DNA of 64,000 nucleotides from Botryllus schlosseri (Eukaryota), in the NCBI GenBank assembly GCA_051294905.1, contig CM119384.1:9300001-9364000 (forward strand), read 5' to 3'. A program made the translations under genes and the position numbers. Below the pieces are notes generated by a model that was given only the letters and a program-made list of their open reading frames with translations, searched no databases and had not been told where the DNA came from. The first letter of the stretch is position 1. Each line of letters begins with the position of its first letter. Below are positions 49,901 to 60,239 of this stretch, piece after piece.

Positions 49901-51724
49901 ACTCCGAGAAGTGTGCCAGAACGATCAGCAGCGAAAAGACCTTGGCCGAGAAGTAATGGCCTTGTGGAGACCGAAAACTTCGATATATATACAATATACA
50001 TATGTGTTTAATTGTCCATAGGCGGCTAAATGGCTGGCGTCGAATGTTCCTGTCCTGGCGATCTGAACCCCACAGGGCAAATGCCATCGGGCAGGGAAAA
50101 ATTATTTGCCAGTAAAGCAATACCAATTTGAAATCGTGTGTGCTTTTTAGTTTGGACGATTTCCATATCTTTTGACATAGCAGATATAGGAGGTCACGAA
50201 ATAGCATAATGCAATGAAGTCAATATACCAACGGGTCCGCCTGAAAATGTTTAATTTTTATTTAGGGGTCCTACCTTTTCCAACACACCTCACTCAGCTC
50301 TGCCGGTAAATCTGATTACGTGAGCAGAGAGGGGATAAAAAAAATTGTTAACAAAAGATATGCAATTCCCAATCATATTTACCGATTCAAACACGAACTA
50401 TATAAATTTTTCGCGCTTCGCGCGTTTAGTCCAAATAAGGCGACGAACTAAACAGTATACCCAATGTAGCTGCTAAGTAGCAGGAAAAAGGTGTATAGGA
50501 TCAGCGGGGCTGAGGGGGTTCTGGGGGACTTCGGGCCCCCGAAGTTAGGTTTATCACTCTGTGGGGGCCCAAGATCAACGTTTTTTTGGCGGGACTGACG
50601 AAGTGCTGTTACGGTCCAGGTGGGGAATGAAGGCTCGGAATAAATCTGAAGTGGGGAATGAAGACAAAAAGGTTGGGAACCACTGTACCAGATAGTTCAT
50701 GGCTGAAGTCTGAAGAATGCGTGGCAGCTGACTTATACAACACGGCTATAGTCACGTCAATGCGAGCAGTGCACAACAACATTCATCAATTTCGACCAAA
50801 TTTCATTTATGACATTGTACAGGCCAAGATACCCGTAATCAGTATATCCTTATTCCGACCAACTTCTTCCTCTCCTCGCGGGTCGTGTTCAGTTGTCTGT
50901 GCGTAAATGACCGGTAGAATTCCCTGTTTATGTCCTCTGAAGATACGCGCCGGCTGGCCATCTCGAACATCCCAACAAATAACGGTGCGGTCGTAAGATG
51001 CACTGAATAGCAGACAGCCACGGAGCAAAAGGCGGTTCACCTTTCCCCTGAAATCAATAAAAATAAGTGTCAGTAAAATGGGACAAAATCTGGATTTTTC
51101 AATCAGGCGTTCGCATAGCTATTTCTCTTACTTGTGTTCGTCCATCTTCAGGATGCAGTTGCCAGAGAACATATTCCATTTTCTTATCGTTTTGTCCATA
51201 GATCCAGTTAAAGCGTATCTTTCTTGCGTCACCTTGCAACATGACACGTAGCCAGTATGACCTTCCAGAACAACCTGCATGTACCAACGTTATAAATTTC
51301 CGAAGTATATCATCTCTTGTGACAGTGTCCGCTTCTGAGACTGCATAGTGCATGAGCTCATCCGATCGAATCTTACCAACGGAAACATACGTGCCCGGTA
51401 GGCCTACATATATATGCCCCGCTTCGTGTACCAGAACGTAGGACTGTTAGTAAGACCTTTTTGTTGAAAATCGTCTCACCTTGAGTTCATAATTTGACAA
51501 GTCCCAAACTCTTGCAGTCCTATCATCTGAACCGGTTAATAAAATATGTCCGCTCTCGGAAATATCTATACAGTTGATACCTCCTGTATGACCGGCAAGA
51601 ATCTAAAAGCAAAACTATGAAACGTACATATATTTTTCGTAATCGAAGTTGACAGTTAGCTCACCCCATATTTCGATCGATGTCCACCTTTTGCTTGACT
51701 CTGACGGGAGCTGCCCGTTCCCAT
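39092..51724 (-). CDS. WDR86: WD repeat-containing protein 86, 429 aa
   Basis: Phase-consistent exons 51724-51665 (MGTGSSRQ), 51602-51480 (GHTGGINCIDIS...LLTGSDDRTARVWD), 51274-51132, 51047-50833 (VNRLLL...FSASYDRT), 48874-48749, 46272-46178, 39776-39641, 39579-39476 and 39379-39092 (total 1290 nt). The repeat order matches recalled WDR86. Confidence 0.9.
40870..42985 (-). pseudogene. hAT transposase C-terminal remnant split by the 41219-42553 insertion
   Basis: Segment 42985-42605 gives RRVRRKRRMLGEQSEDAGLSVVEEVRRCMFQALDRF and DDMFGFL. Segment 41206-40870 gives ATAFDVLQWL...LYLIIGVSIASCVRSFSELKSYLRSIMNDNRLSALSILSVER (hAT dimerization domain, with the conserved ER degraded to VR). Confidence 0.85.
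41219..42553. mobile_element. Charlie-like MITE with nested repeat fragments
   Basis: Termini CAGGGGTTCTCAACC/GGTTGAGAACCACTG; flanks CTCTAAAC and (C)GTCTAAAC; an internal CAGGGGTGGGC terminus lies near 41904. Confidence 0.75.
43173..43340 (+). mobile_element. tRNA-derived SINE family 1 (Meta-like core)
   Basis: A box TAGTGTAATGGT and B box GGTTCGATCCC, followed by GGTCAGACCGAATACTCGAAAACTGGTATCGGCGGTTATCCCGCTAGGCGCTCAGCA. The 3' boundary is uncertain. Confidence 0.82.
44204..45035 (+). mobile_element. Deleted hAT (Ac/ZBED-like) element with TCTAAT arrays and a dimerization-domain remnant
   Basis: TIR CAGACTTGGACAACTAGA/TCTAGTTGTCCGAGTCTG; flanks CCATATAT/TCACACAT (5/8). ORF 44611-44961 contains EAERYL...VLSCWK...FPHLKAAVRELVGMTAKSAPPEGVFSHAG. 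Confidence 0.85.
45716..45990 (+). mobile_element. tRNA-derived SINE family 2, copy a
   Basis: Head GGAGATAGCGAAGTGGT...GGGTTCGATTCC, then GGAGGTTATTTTGGGCTCCTCTTCCCC and the tail CATCCTCCTATCT...CATTGTACATTGT...TTGTTCAGAT. Confidence 0.78.
46568..47010 (+). mobile_element. tRNA-derived SINE family 2, copy b
   Basis: Same head and tail as 45716-45990; ends in GTTAT-like repeats. Confidence 0.78.
47806..48210. mobile_element. hAT MITE with TCCGG arrays
   Basis: TIR TAGTGCGGAGC/GCTCCGCACTA; perfect TSD GTGTATAA. Confidence 0.92.
48374..48696. mobile_element. Charlie-like MITE
   Basis: TIR CAGTGGTTCCCA/TGGGAACCACTG; perfect TSD AGTTATAT. Confidence 0.92.
49197..50685. mobile_element. Charlie-like MITE hosting a nested hAT element
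   Basis: TIR CAGTGGTTCCCAA/TTGGGAACCACTG; flanks TACTGGAT/TACCAGAT (6/8). Confidence 0.82.
49624..50619 (+). mobile_element. Short copy of the CAGGACCGTAAC element
   Basis: Termini CAGGACCGTAAC/GTTACGGTCCAG; TSD GTGGGGAG/GTGGGGAA; colinear with 32570-34856. Confidence 0.9.
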
Positions 51725-52298
51725 GGAAAGTACACAATATCTCTTGCCCAGGACGATATATATATATATATAATTTGGTTATATTAGCTATGGGTATCAC
51801 ATTTACCACGCTTCTACCTCTACCTCTAGTATTGCTAGGAACATTATTTTCAACAGGTTGCTCGCATAGGCTGTAAACCTATGTTTGAAGCCCTAGAAGA
51901 CATACAGGCCACCAATGTACAATCGTTTATTACAGCGTACATTGTACATCATATATATGGACTCTGTCTACCAAAGATATATTATGCAATCGGCGTTATT
52001 TTTATTATAACGCATCATAGAGCCTCGAGACTTCTCTTTATAGATAGGTAGTTATTGGTGATAATTGTTTTCCTCGTCCGGTTCAAGAATGCTTCCAGTA
52101 CGAATAAACTTGACTATACCTTAAGAGGTGGCTTATATGACGAACGCTCTACAATTAATAATTCACGAATAAATTTATTGAAGTATCAGAAGGATAGAAC
52201 AAGGTTGCGCGATGTGGAAAACATATAAATAAGTGTCTGGTTCGTTCTGAATGAGAGCTCAAACTTTACATTTCGTGATATCAATATATACTGCGTAG

Positions 52299-52608
52299 CA
52301 GGGCTCGGCAATCCTTTTAGCTCTGTTGACCTTGTTTCAAAATTATTTTTTTCGCGGACCGGTCTTCAAAAAATACAGAAATCTCCAACACTGAAAATTT
52401 ATTGCAGCTCCTTACACTACAAGGTCAGCAGTAAAGGGCGCCAAAGTAAAGGAAGTAACGGGTAACGCATCATGTTTTGGTTAAAGATATTACCGTGATT
52501 TTTTTTTCAATTTAATTTTTTAATTTAATTTTTTTAATTTGAACTTTTCGCTGGCCAGTAACGATCTGCCGATACCGATCCGCGGACCACATAGGCTGCC
52601 GACCACTG
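52299..52608. mobile_element. hAT-like MITE between the MFS gene and WDR86
   Basis: Termini CAGGGCTCGGCAA/CTGCCGACCACTG with GCGGACC motifs; no TSD was recognised. Confidence 0.6.
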
Positions 52609-52983
52609 TACAGTACATGTACAGTGTACACTGTACAGTACAGGAGATTCGTCTTATATATAATTGACGAAACACAAAGTATGTCAAGTGAGACAACGAC
52701 TACATGACTTCATCAGGAAATATATTGGAAAACCTAAAGCAATGAAGACCTATAAAAGTCGAAAGAAACGCAAAAGATGACAGAAAATGACATCAACCTT
52801 AGCCTACAAGTAATATAAGTTGTTGCATGTTTCAAACTACACTTCATTTCCCATCAACTCGTATGGTTCAACGTATTTCTCATTCCAACATTGTTCCTGT
52901 TAAAAGCGCTATTGTTGTGCTTCGTTTTCGCGATACTGTGTTTTCTTTGGGTGACACTTGGTCGCGCGGCAACGAAAATATTC

Positions 52984-55041
52984 TTATCGAAGTAAAGACG
53001 TTGTTTCATTTACATCATGTTGTTGTTGATGACCTTGGTTCTGGTTGCTGGCTTGTCTCCTATAAGTGGGATGCAGTAATAATATGGTCAACAGTGCCGA
53101 AATAATATTGAAGACGGTTGGACAAATGTACGCGTAGACAAGACTAATTTCGTCGGATTCAAGAACCAATCTCCCAACCACCGGATACATGATGAAAAAC
53201 ACAGTCCAGGAAACGTTCAGTATCGACGCGAATGAAATTTCTGGCGAAGGAAACGTAATTTCCGCAGCAATTTCAAATAAAGTAGTCTCGGCTGCTCCCA
53301 TAAAAAATCCGGTCACAGAATGAGCCACGTACAACGCATACCTGTTTACAAGCATTACTGCAGCCTGAATACAAATAGTTCCGAGCGTCACGCCACAAAT
53401 CGATACAATGGCTGTTTGACGATATTTGCCAAAACGATCCAACACCAATCCCGCTATAAAGGGACCAATCGTGAAAGAAATCCACTGAACCGCCATGATA
53501 TTCCCGGACAACGAGTCCGCAGAATTTCCGTCTGCTAACTGCAGATTCATTTTCGTGAGAATTGACGACAATAGCGTGATGCTGGTCGAAGCTGAGGCTG
53601 CGGCGACTCCGTAAATAAAAGTTACAAGCAAGAACGATTTTGACCGTAGAAGTGTGAAGGACTCTAGTGGACTCAGCTCGTTGGTAGCCTCCATTGATGA
53701 CCTTGATAGGGACCATATTTCATTTCTATCCATTCTTGTCGGCGCATTGGTTCTTATCAGGGCCTGAGCTTCACTTGGTGAGTGTGTCGGTCGCTCCTTC
53801 AGGAATAAGAGCACGACGAGAAATGTCAAAACCGAGAGAACAGTAGGGATAGCAAACAGTAACAGCAGCTTGTAGCCGATGGTTTTCATGTTTTCGTCGG
53901 CCGAAAATGAGCCAGACGACTCGGTTTGATTTTTATACTCTGGCATAATAATTTCGCCGTGAAAAAGGGCGCTGCCAGGAAGATAAGAACCCATGGCCTC
54001 TGCTACACCAACTGACACGAAGGTTGCTGATACTGCACTCGCAATTTGGCCTTGAGGAAACCAGGTCGCAGCCACGACGGGAGGTATAGATACCGTGATA
54101 GCGTTGTTGAATCCCATGATAATTTGCCCCAGTAAGGCAAGAGCATAACCCTTATCGCGATCCATCACGGAAACCGTTAATAAGGCTGTTCCGACCATTG
54201 CGGAACTGGTCATTGCAAGACACAGTGGACGCACCTCAACCTGCCTGCCCCCGGCACAGATAAATGCGACAATCGTCATTAACGTGGCAACGGATGAGGA
54301 GTTCGTCAGCCAATCAACTGCATTTGCATCAACAGAAAAGTAGACAGATATAATGTCATTGATTTGGCCAAAAACAACAGACACAAATGATCTTACAGCT
54401 ATTGAGAAACACACAACGGTAAGGACGAACCAGCGTTCCACGCTTGGCTTCACTGTCACGATAATATTAGTGTTTAACGGGGTGTTATCTCGATTGCTCT
54501 CCTCAGAATGTGCTTTTCGGGCGATGTTAAAGTAGGCAATTTTATCGATGTCTTCCAGAAACTCGCCCAAACCCGTTGCCAAAGTCTGTTTTCGATTCGT
54601 ATTGTTCGATATTGTATGGACATGTCGATTAGGCTCAAGCCATGCTGATGAAGACGAATTTTCGTAGGAGTCGTTATGTTGAACATCAACCTGGCGGCCA
54701 TGAATATCTAATTTTTCTCGAAGTCTCCATTTGTTCAGCGTCGTGTTATATGAATCTTCTCCGTTGGTATTGAACGTCGATTTTAAATTGTTGTTATCAC
54801 TAACGTTAGATGCGTATTCCACGAGAGATTTAGAATCGTCAGATACGTAACAGGATGTATTATCTTCTGAAGGATTCGAGTAGATCGACTTCAACGCGCG
54901 TTTCCGCTGGCTTGGGGGAACCAACTGTACTTGATGAACCTCTGCCGTAGTTTCTCCCTTTTGAAACCACGTAGCTCTTCTCGATTCTGCAGCAGTAAGA
55001 ATATCATAGTTTGATGTTACCTTGGTCATAGCTACCACCAT
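52984..55041 (-). CDS. Intronless MFS transporter of the FLVCR/SLC49 family, 685 aa, with a ~185-aa polar N-terminal extension
   Basis: Uninterrupted ORF with about 12 hydrophobic segments and family-type motifs ERWFVL, AVDWL, GQII, VAATWFPQGQIASA, KERPTHSPSEAQA, GLVLDRFGKYRQ and FEIAAEITFPSPE. Confidence 0.9.
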   Translation of the reverse strand: MVVAMTKVTSNYDILTAAESRRATWFQKGETTAEVHQVQLVPPSQRKRALKSIYSNPSEDNTSCYVSDDSKSLVEYASNVSDNNNLKSTFNTNGEDSYNTTLNKWRLREKLDIHGRQVDVQHNDSYENSSSSAWLEPNRHVHTISNNTNRKQTLATGLGEFLEDIDKIAYFNIARKAHSEESNRDNTPLNTNIIVTVKPSVERWFVLTVVCFSIAVRSFVSVVFGQINDIISVYFSVDANAVDWLTNSSSVATLMTIVAFICAGGRQVEVRPLCLAMTSSAMVGTALLTVSVMDRDKGYALALLGQIIMGFNNAITVSIPPVVAATWFPQGQIASAVSATFVSVGVAEAMGSYLPGSALFHGEIIMPEYKNQTESSGSFSADENMKTIGYKLLLLFAIPTVLSVLTFLVVLLFLKERPTHSPSEAQALIRTNAPTRMDRNEIWSLSRSSMEATNELSPLESFTLLRSKSFLLVTFIYGVAAASASTSITLLSSILTKMNLQLADGNSADSLSGNIMAVQWISFTIGPFIAGLVLDRFGKYRQTAIVSICGVTLGTICIQAAVMLVNRYALYVAHSVTGFFMGAAETTLFEIAAEITFPSPEISFASILNVSWTVFFIMYPVVGRLVLESDEISLVYAYICPTVFNIISALLTILLLHPTYRRQASNQNQGHQQQHDVNETTSLLR

Positions 55042-56746
55042 CTAACTCTTATTTTAGCGTGTCACAAATAATCAACCGCGATGTATTGGATTATAGGCCA
55101 TATCATTATTTCATTGCTAATGACGAAATATAGTATTTGATTATATTAAGTACGGATAAACTGTCGCAAGGTGTTATTGGTTTATCCTTTCCTCATGATA
55201 TCGATAATAATTAATATTTAATCAAATATACCGTCGACTCCGCTAATTCGGACAGTTTGATTCCTCTTACTTATGGTTATGGCCGAATTAGGCGGCGAAG
55301 CAGTTTCGTCCAAGTAAGCGAAAAATTAACTGTTCTCTTCATGGTCGTGCGTAAAGCAACACAAGCATTCAAAATATTGTACTGTTGCGTAATAAATTAT
55401 TTTTATCTGCGATATACTGCCGTAGTTGGCACAGATCGGATAAAACGTACATTAGTTATACCTTCAGGTTAGTTGTATTGTACAATATTCGATACCAAAC
55501 CTACTGTGTAACGCTCGCAGGGTTCAAATAATACTTTTTGATATCCCCATACCGCACCAACGCAACTAACCGTCGAACTGTCATATAAGGGTTTTTACTT
55601 TTTCTTCGTTTACTTTACTGAGTAATATCACTTTTCCTGCTAAACTTTTCTGTACCAATCTGTTGCACGCAATTTTACTCAATTTAAAACGACTGTGAAG
55701 CTGGCATGGTCTTGTATGAGTTCATTGTCGATAGACTAGGCTAATATTATACATGTATGAGTGAGTCATATTGTGTGCGGTATTATGAAACGTGACCCAT
55801 GAAGTCATGAATATTCAGTTGTGAAGTCATAGTGGATTAACATTGACACTTGAAAATATAGGGTAAATATAGCTCCTTTGACGAAATATCTACGTACCAT
55901 AGCTGTTGAACCGACTATTTTGAAAGTTCCAACCATCCCATATCGTATACGTCGGCTATATCGGGTGGTAATTGTCCGTAGGCTCATACAAATTGTTTTT
56001 TGGAAAGTATTTATATAATTATGGCATAATTTTACAATTAAAAAAACACGATTCTTTTAAAGGGTTTTGGACAAAGTGTTATAAAGAACCATTTGTTTTG
56101 AATACAACACCAATTGAACTGATAAAAATTGCTAATCAACCGAACTGAATCTCAAATATTAATCTTGACTTATAAGAATGAATAGCTTCTTGGAGGTGTC
56201 AGTCGAAAATATCCAGGTTTATTTCTACAGAATGAATAATGAAATCGCTAATAAAAGCAATTTCTTCGGTGATGTTCCGTTGGCGTGATGCAGGCGGAGC
56301 TATATATGTCATGCAAAGATAACTTTATACTTGAAAAAAATCAATCATTTTGCTTCAAATGTGTGTTCAAATATAAGTGGAGGTAATGTAAGACCACGAA
56401 GACTTCAGTTAGCAGTGCAAGCGATCACTTGAGAACTCCAAAAATATAGCAGTGCTTTTCTAATTTCACCCCTCTGACGGTGGACGTTGACGGGCATGTG
56501 CGGAGAATTGGAAATGCATTCTTTCTAAGTTATGTTTTTAATCAGTGGTGGTCAAAGTGGTTCGTACTCAAGTAGAAGTAGACGTAAAGTAAATAGATTT
56601 CTACTCAGGTATAAGTAGAAGTAGCGATTTCCAAGACATGCCAAAACTACTTCAAGTAGAAATAGAATACGAAACTCTGACAAGTAGCCTACGCAAGTAA
56701 GTAGTTTCATAAAGTAGATTTGGTTGACGGGTCTAATACTTATTTA

Positions 56747-57012
56747 CAGAGGTGGTGAGTAACGAAGTACTTCTACTTTTTGAAGTACTTGAAGTAGATT
56801 TTTCCTACTCAAACTACTTTTTAAGTAGTTATGATTTTAGACTACTTCTACTTCTACTTGACAGTTTTCAGTTTTGTAGGCAAAAATTAGTGTAGAATGC
56901 CTACTTACTTACTTACTTGTGAACCATCACTCCTACTTCTACTTGAGTAGAAATTCCGGCGTTACTTCTACTTCTACTTGAGTAGCGACGGTGACTACTT
57001 TGACCACCTCTG
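56747..57012. mobile_element. 266-bp mini-element of the CAGAGGTGGT family
   Basis: TIR CAGAGGTGGT/ACCACCTCTG with CTACTT arrays; a related lone terminus lies at 56543. Confidence 0.75.
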
Positions 57013-57376
57013 CTTACCAGTTAGTCGAAGGTGACCAGTGTACAGTCTGCATACTGTATACATGACCTTCAAAATTACAAGATGTATTTTCGCGAGTAAA
57101 ACTACTAATTACACTACAAATCGGTGTTAAATGATACGGGAGCTATTTCGCCCAGTTGTCAGACAATCTCAATCATAAAAGTGAGGCAATTATCTCACAA
57201 ACTACTTTACTATAGTTTTGTCTAGAAAAAGTGTAAGCGGAAGTAGTCTTAAACAAAACCACTTACTGATGATCTGATGATTATTGATTATATATTATTG
57301 ATCATATGAGTAAGTATGCAGTGCAAGATGTCAAAACCTACTTTGGTACTCTGAAAAAGAAGAAGTACTTCGGAAC

Positions 57377-58744
57377 CAGAGGTGGTTAAAGTAGTCAAGA
57401 AAGCTACTCAAGTAGAAGCAGAAGTAGCGAAGCAAAAATCTACTCAAGTACGAGTAGAAGTAGTAATTTTAAAAGCAACCTGAAACTATAGAATGTAAAC
57501 AGTTTCAGTAAATTCTGCGCTCTGGAAGATAACTTTTGGATTGCCAGAAATCCCACAGTCGCTTACGCAAAACAAGTCTCAATTACAGCCTCAGCGAAGC
57601 GGAAGGAAGCTGCAAAATCGGTCGTTGCCATTCCATGTTTACATTCTATACTGAAACTACTTGAAGTAGAAGTAGAATGGACTGACTTTAAATCTACTCA
57701 AGTAAGTAAATAGTTGTGAGAACGGTCGTAATTCGTTCGCGTGGACTGTCAAAAGTTGCAAATTGAGCTATGCGGAAGGTGTAGAGAGCTTGATTCATGT
57801 ATTGATGCATCCCAGGAAGTATCCATTTTCGATAGCGTAAGCATTCGTCCGCACCATGGGATGCAAATGGTAGTATTGATATGAAAATGCAATACTAATC
57901 CTTTGTTTACTCAAACACGCCTTTTTAGAAAATATCATGACATATGGGTATGGCACCCCCCCCCCATATTATAAGGGTGGTAGTTTAGTCAAAGAGCAAT
58001 ACGGATAAATTGTATCGGATACGGTGCGCGATTAGTATACGTTAATAAAAATATGGCGGATCGTAAAAATGCCATATCGTGTATAGCTTTATTTTCGGAA
58101 AATAGAGGCATGTAGGCTATGTTCACCAGACAAAAGAACTGAAACTAATTAGAACTCAAAGTATGATACTGGGAATTGAAAGAGAAATGTAAATACTGCT
58201 CAACAACTCCGAGTTCACTTTTCCAGATTAGGACACGCCATGGGCTGCTAGATTACTATATGATAGGTTTTATTGTTAGATTGCGAAACAGTAGTTTCGA
58301 ACGTTAAGATGGGTCGTATATTTACTGCGATAAAATATCTCATATGGACGACAATGCGGTGTGAACTGAACCACATAACCTGCTACCTAAATTATATTCA
58401 CCGATACTTTCGTGAAAACATATTTGCCACCCCATCTCTACTGTGCGCGAAGCGCAACGAAAATTCTGGGCTTTACTTAACTTTTGTGAAAATTAAATGT
58501 CGGTGCTTCGTGAAAACAGCCCCGAAATTATCCAGGCTATCTTTCTGATTGGAGGATTAAACTACTTGTACCTGACAACCTGAAAATAGATAAAAGTAAG
58601 TTAGTAGATTGCAAATTAATATGAAGCAGAATTAGAAGTAGAAATAGAAATAAAATTAGTTCTACTTGAGTAAGTACTAAAAGTAGAGGAAAACTACTTG
58701 TGTACTTCATAAGAGAAGAAGTACTTCGTTACTGACCACCTCTG
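57377..58744 (+). mobile_element. Non-autonomous hAT element with AAGTAG arrays
   Basis: TIR CAGAGGTGGT/ACCACCTCTG; TSD TTCGGAAC/TTCGTAAG (6/8). Confidence 0.85.
57487..57650. mobile_element. 164-bp MITE of a different class nested in the AAGTAG element
   Basis: Perfect 15-bp TIR TATAGAATGTAAACA; flanked by the direct repeat CTGAAAC (7 bp); absent from the host copy near 35940. Confidence 0.85.
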
Positions 58745-58799
58745 TTCGTAAGTGACGGCCCCTGGTATTACCCTGATATATTTCCTTTGTATCAGATAC

Positions 58800-59772
58800 C
58801 AGTGTTGGGATGACTGGAGTCAGCTTTTTCGTATGACTTGACTTGACTCGAGTCACTTTGCAAAAATGACTTGACTTGACTTGACTCGGCGCTTCAGAAA
58901 TGCGGATTGACTCGTGACTCGGAGCAAAATTTACGAGTCAATTTCAAGTCATCAATAAGTAAACGGTCTCGACCAAATCCCTGTATCATGTGTATATTCG
59001 GATTATTAGCGATACGCCGGTGGCACTTGTGAGAGCAGCCAGTCATTCAATTATTGTATGTTTCACTGGTCCTCCATTGTTACATCACAAATATATTGGC
59101 TGCAAACGAAATGATCACAGCTTACGTTGCCGTATAGTAGTAAGTAGATTAATAGCAACGTATCTCTGTTTCTTAAACGGCTCAGGGCTTACATTGCGCA
59201 GTGGTCACCGTTACCAACCATCTTGTATGATTTAAATAGAATGAATATAGTTCATGCATTTATATTCTCACGGATGTATAGCTGGGTAGTGTATTGTACC
59301 ACATCAATTTGTTTGAACTTCTCGAGGCTTCGTATTCGAATCTCTATTTTGGCTGACAATAACATTAATAACATACTGTAGCATGTAACTATACAGTTAC
59401 TCACGTATTTTATTAGTTGTTCTACGTGTGCGTGTACGATACAATGCACTTTTGCAAGTATATTTAACTTTATATTCGTTATTTTATTCAAGATAAATGG
59501 CTAATTAATCGTCTTTCTCACAGCTGGCAAAATGTTATGACTTTGAATCATCACTCTTACTTCGAAAATTCAATTTGACTTGAATTGTGACTTGACTCGT
59601 GACTTGACTTGACTTGACTCGACTTGACTCGAGTCACCTCCAAAAATCGAGTGACTTGACTTGACTCGAGTCACCTTCGAAAATCGATTGACTTGACTTG
59701 ACTCGAGTCAAAATCTGCAATGACTCGAGATGACTCGTGACTCGAAGGTATAGTGACTTGATCCCAACACTG
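58800..59772 (-). mobile_element. Reverse-oriented copy of the AGTCA-array hAT element
   Basis: TIR CAGTGTTGGGAT/ATCCCAACACTG; ends colinear with 4247-5274; only a 6-bp flanking repeat (AGATAC). Confidence 0.88.
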
Positions 59773-60201
59773 AGATACATGAATTTAGCTAGAGATATTG
59801 CGTCATTGCGTACTTCATAATATATGATCGCGGTTCGAGAGCTAAACCTGAGTACAGCCAGGGCTGGGGTAGGTTCAAAATTCCCTCTTTCAGTCTTTCC
59901 CTAGTTTTGAATGATAATGGTCACCAAATAACGTGCAACGACTTTGAAAATTGCAATAGCTGAATCTTTGCATTCTCACGAGGAATGTCAAACAAGAGAA
60001 AGGCACAGAACTAAAATATAAAATTAAATGGTATATTCAATTGGTCAACGACAGACGCACGTAGGCCTATATAATGGATTAGGTTATAACAATGGATTTC
60101 GAATAATAAACTCCACTACAAGCTAATGAATCTTAGTTTTGACTCAGTTATTCATTTTTTTCATGTCATTCTCTAACTCTATGAATCGGTGTGTCAGTCA
60201 A

Positions 60202-60239
60202 TTATAGATAACTAACCTACGTAGGTTAGTTATCTATAA
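60202..60239. repeat. Perfect 38-bp spacer-less palindrome
   Basis: TTATAGATAACTAACCTAC|GTAGGTTAGTTATCTATAA. Confidence 0.95.

Noticed and set aside
47789-50207. Mid-size ORFs in repeats (47789-48208, 49863-50207, 34794-35138, 42104-42430) and antisense to exons (10866-11201, 22537-22842, 26851-27258, 53273-53716)
   Set aside because: They are explained by GC-rich repeat arrays or by shadowing of real coding sequence.
50825-50832. WDR86 donor GTATCTTG as a U12-type intron
   Set aside because: It deviates from the U12 consensus GTATCCTT, and no U12 branch site was seen.
51725-55041. MFS gene nested in a WDR86 intron, or an MFS-WDR86 operon
   Set aside because: The WDR86 start exon was found at 51724-51665, so the MFS gene lies upstream and is not nested. 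The 1.26-kb gap contains minus-strand AATAAA signals (near 52174-52179 and 52000) and lacks a clear acceptor next to the WDR86 ATG.
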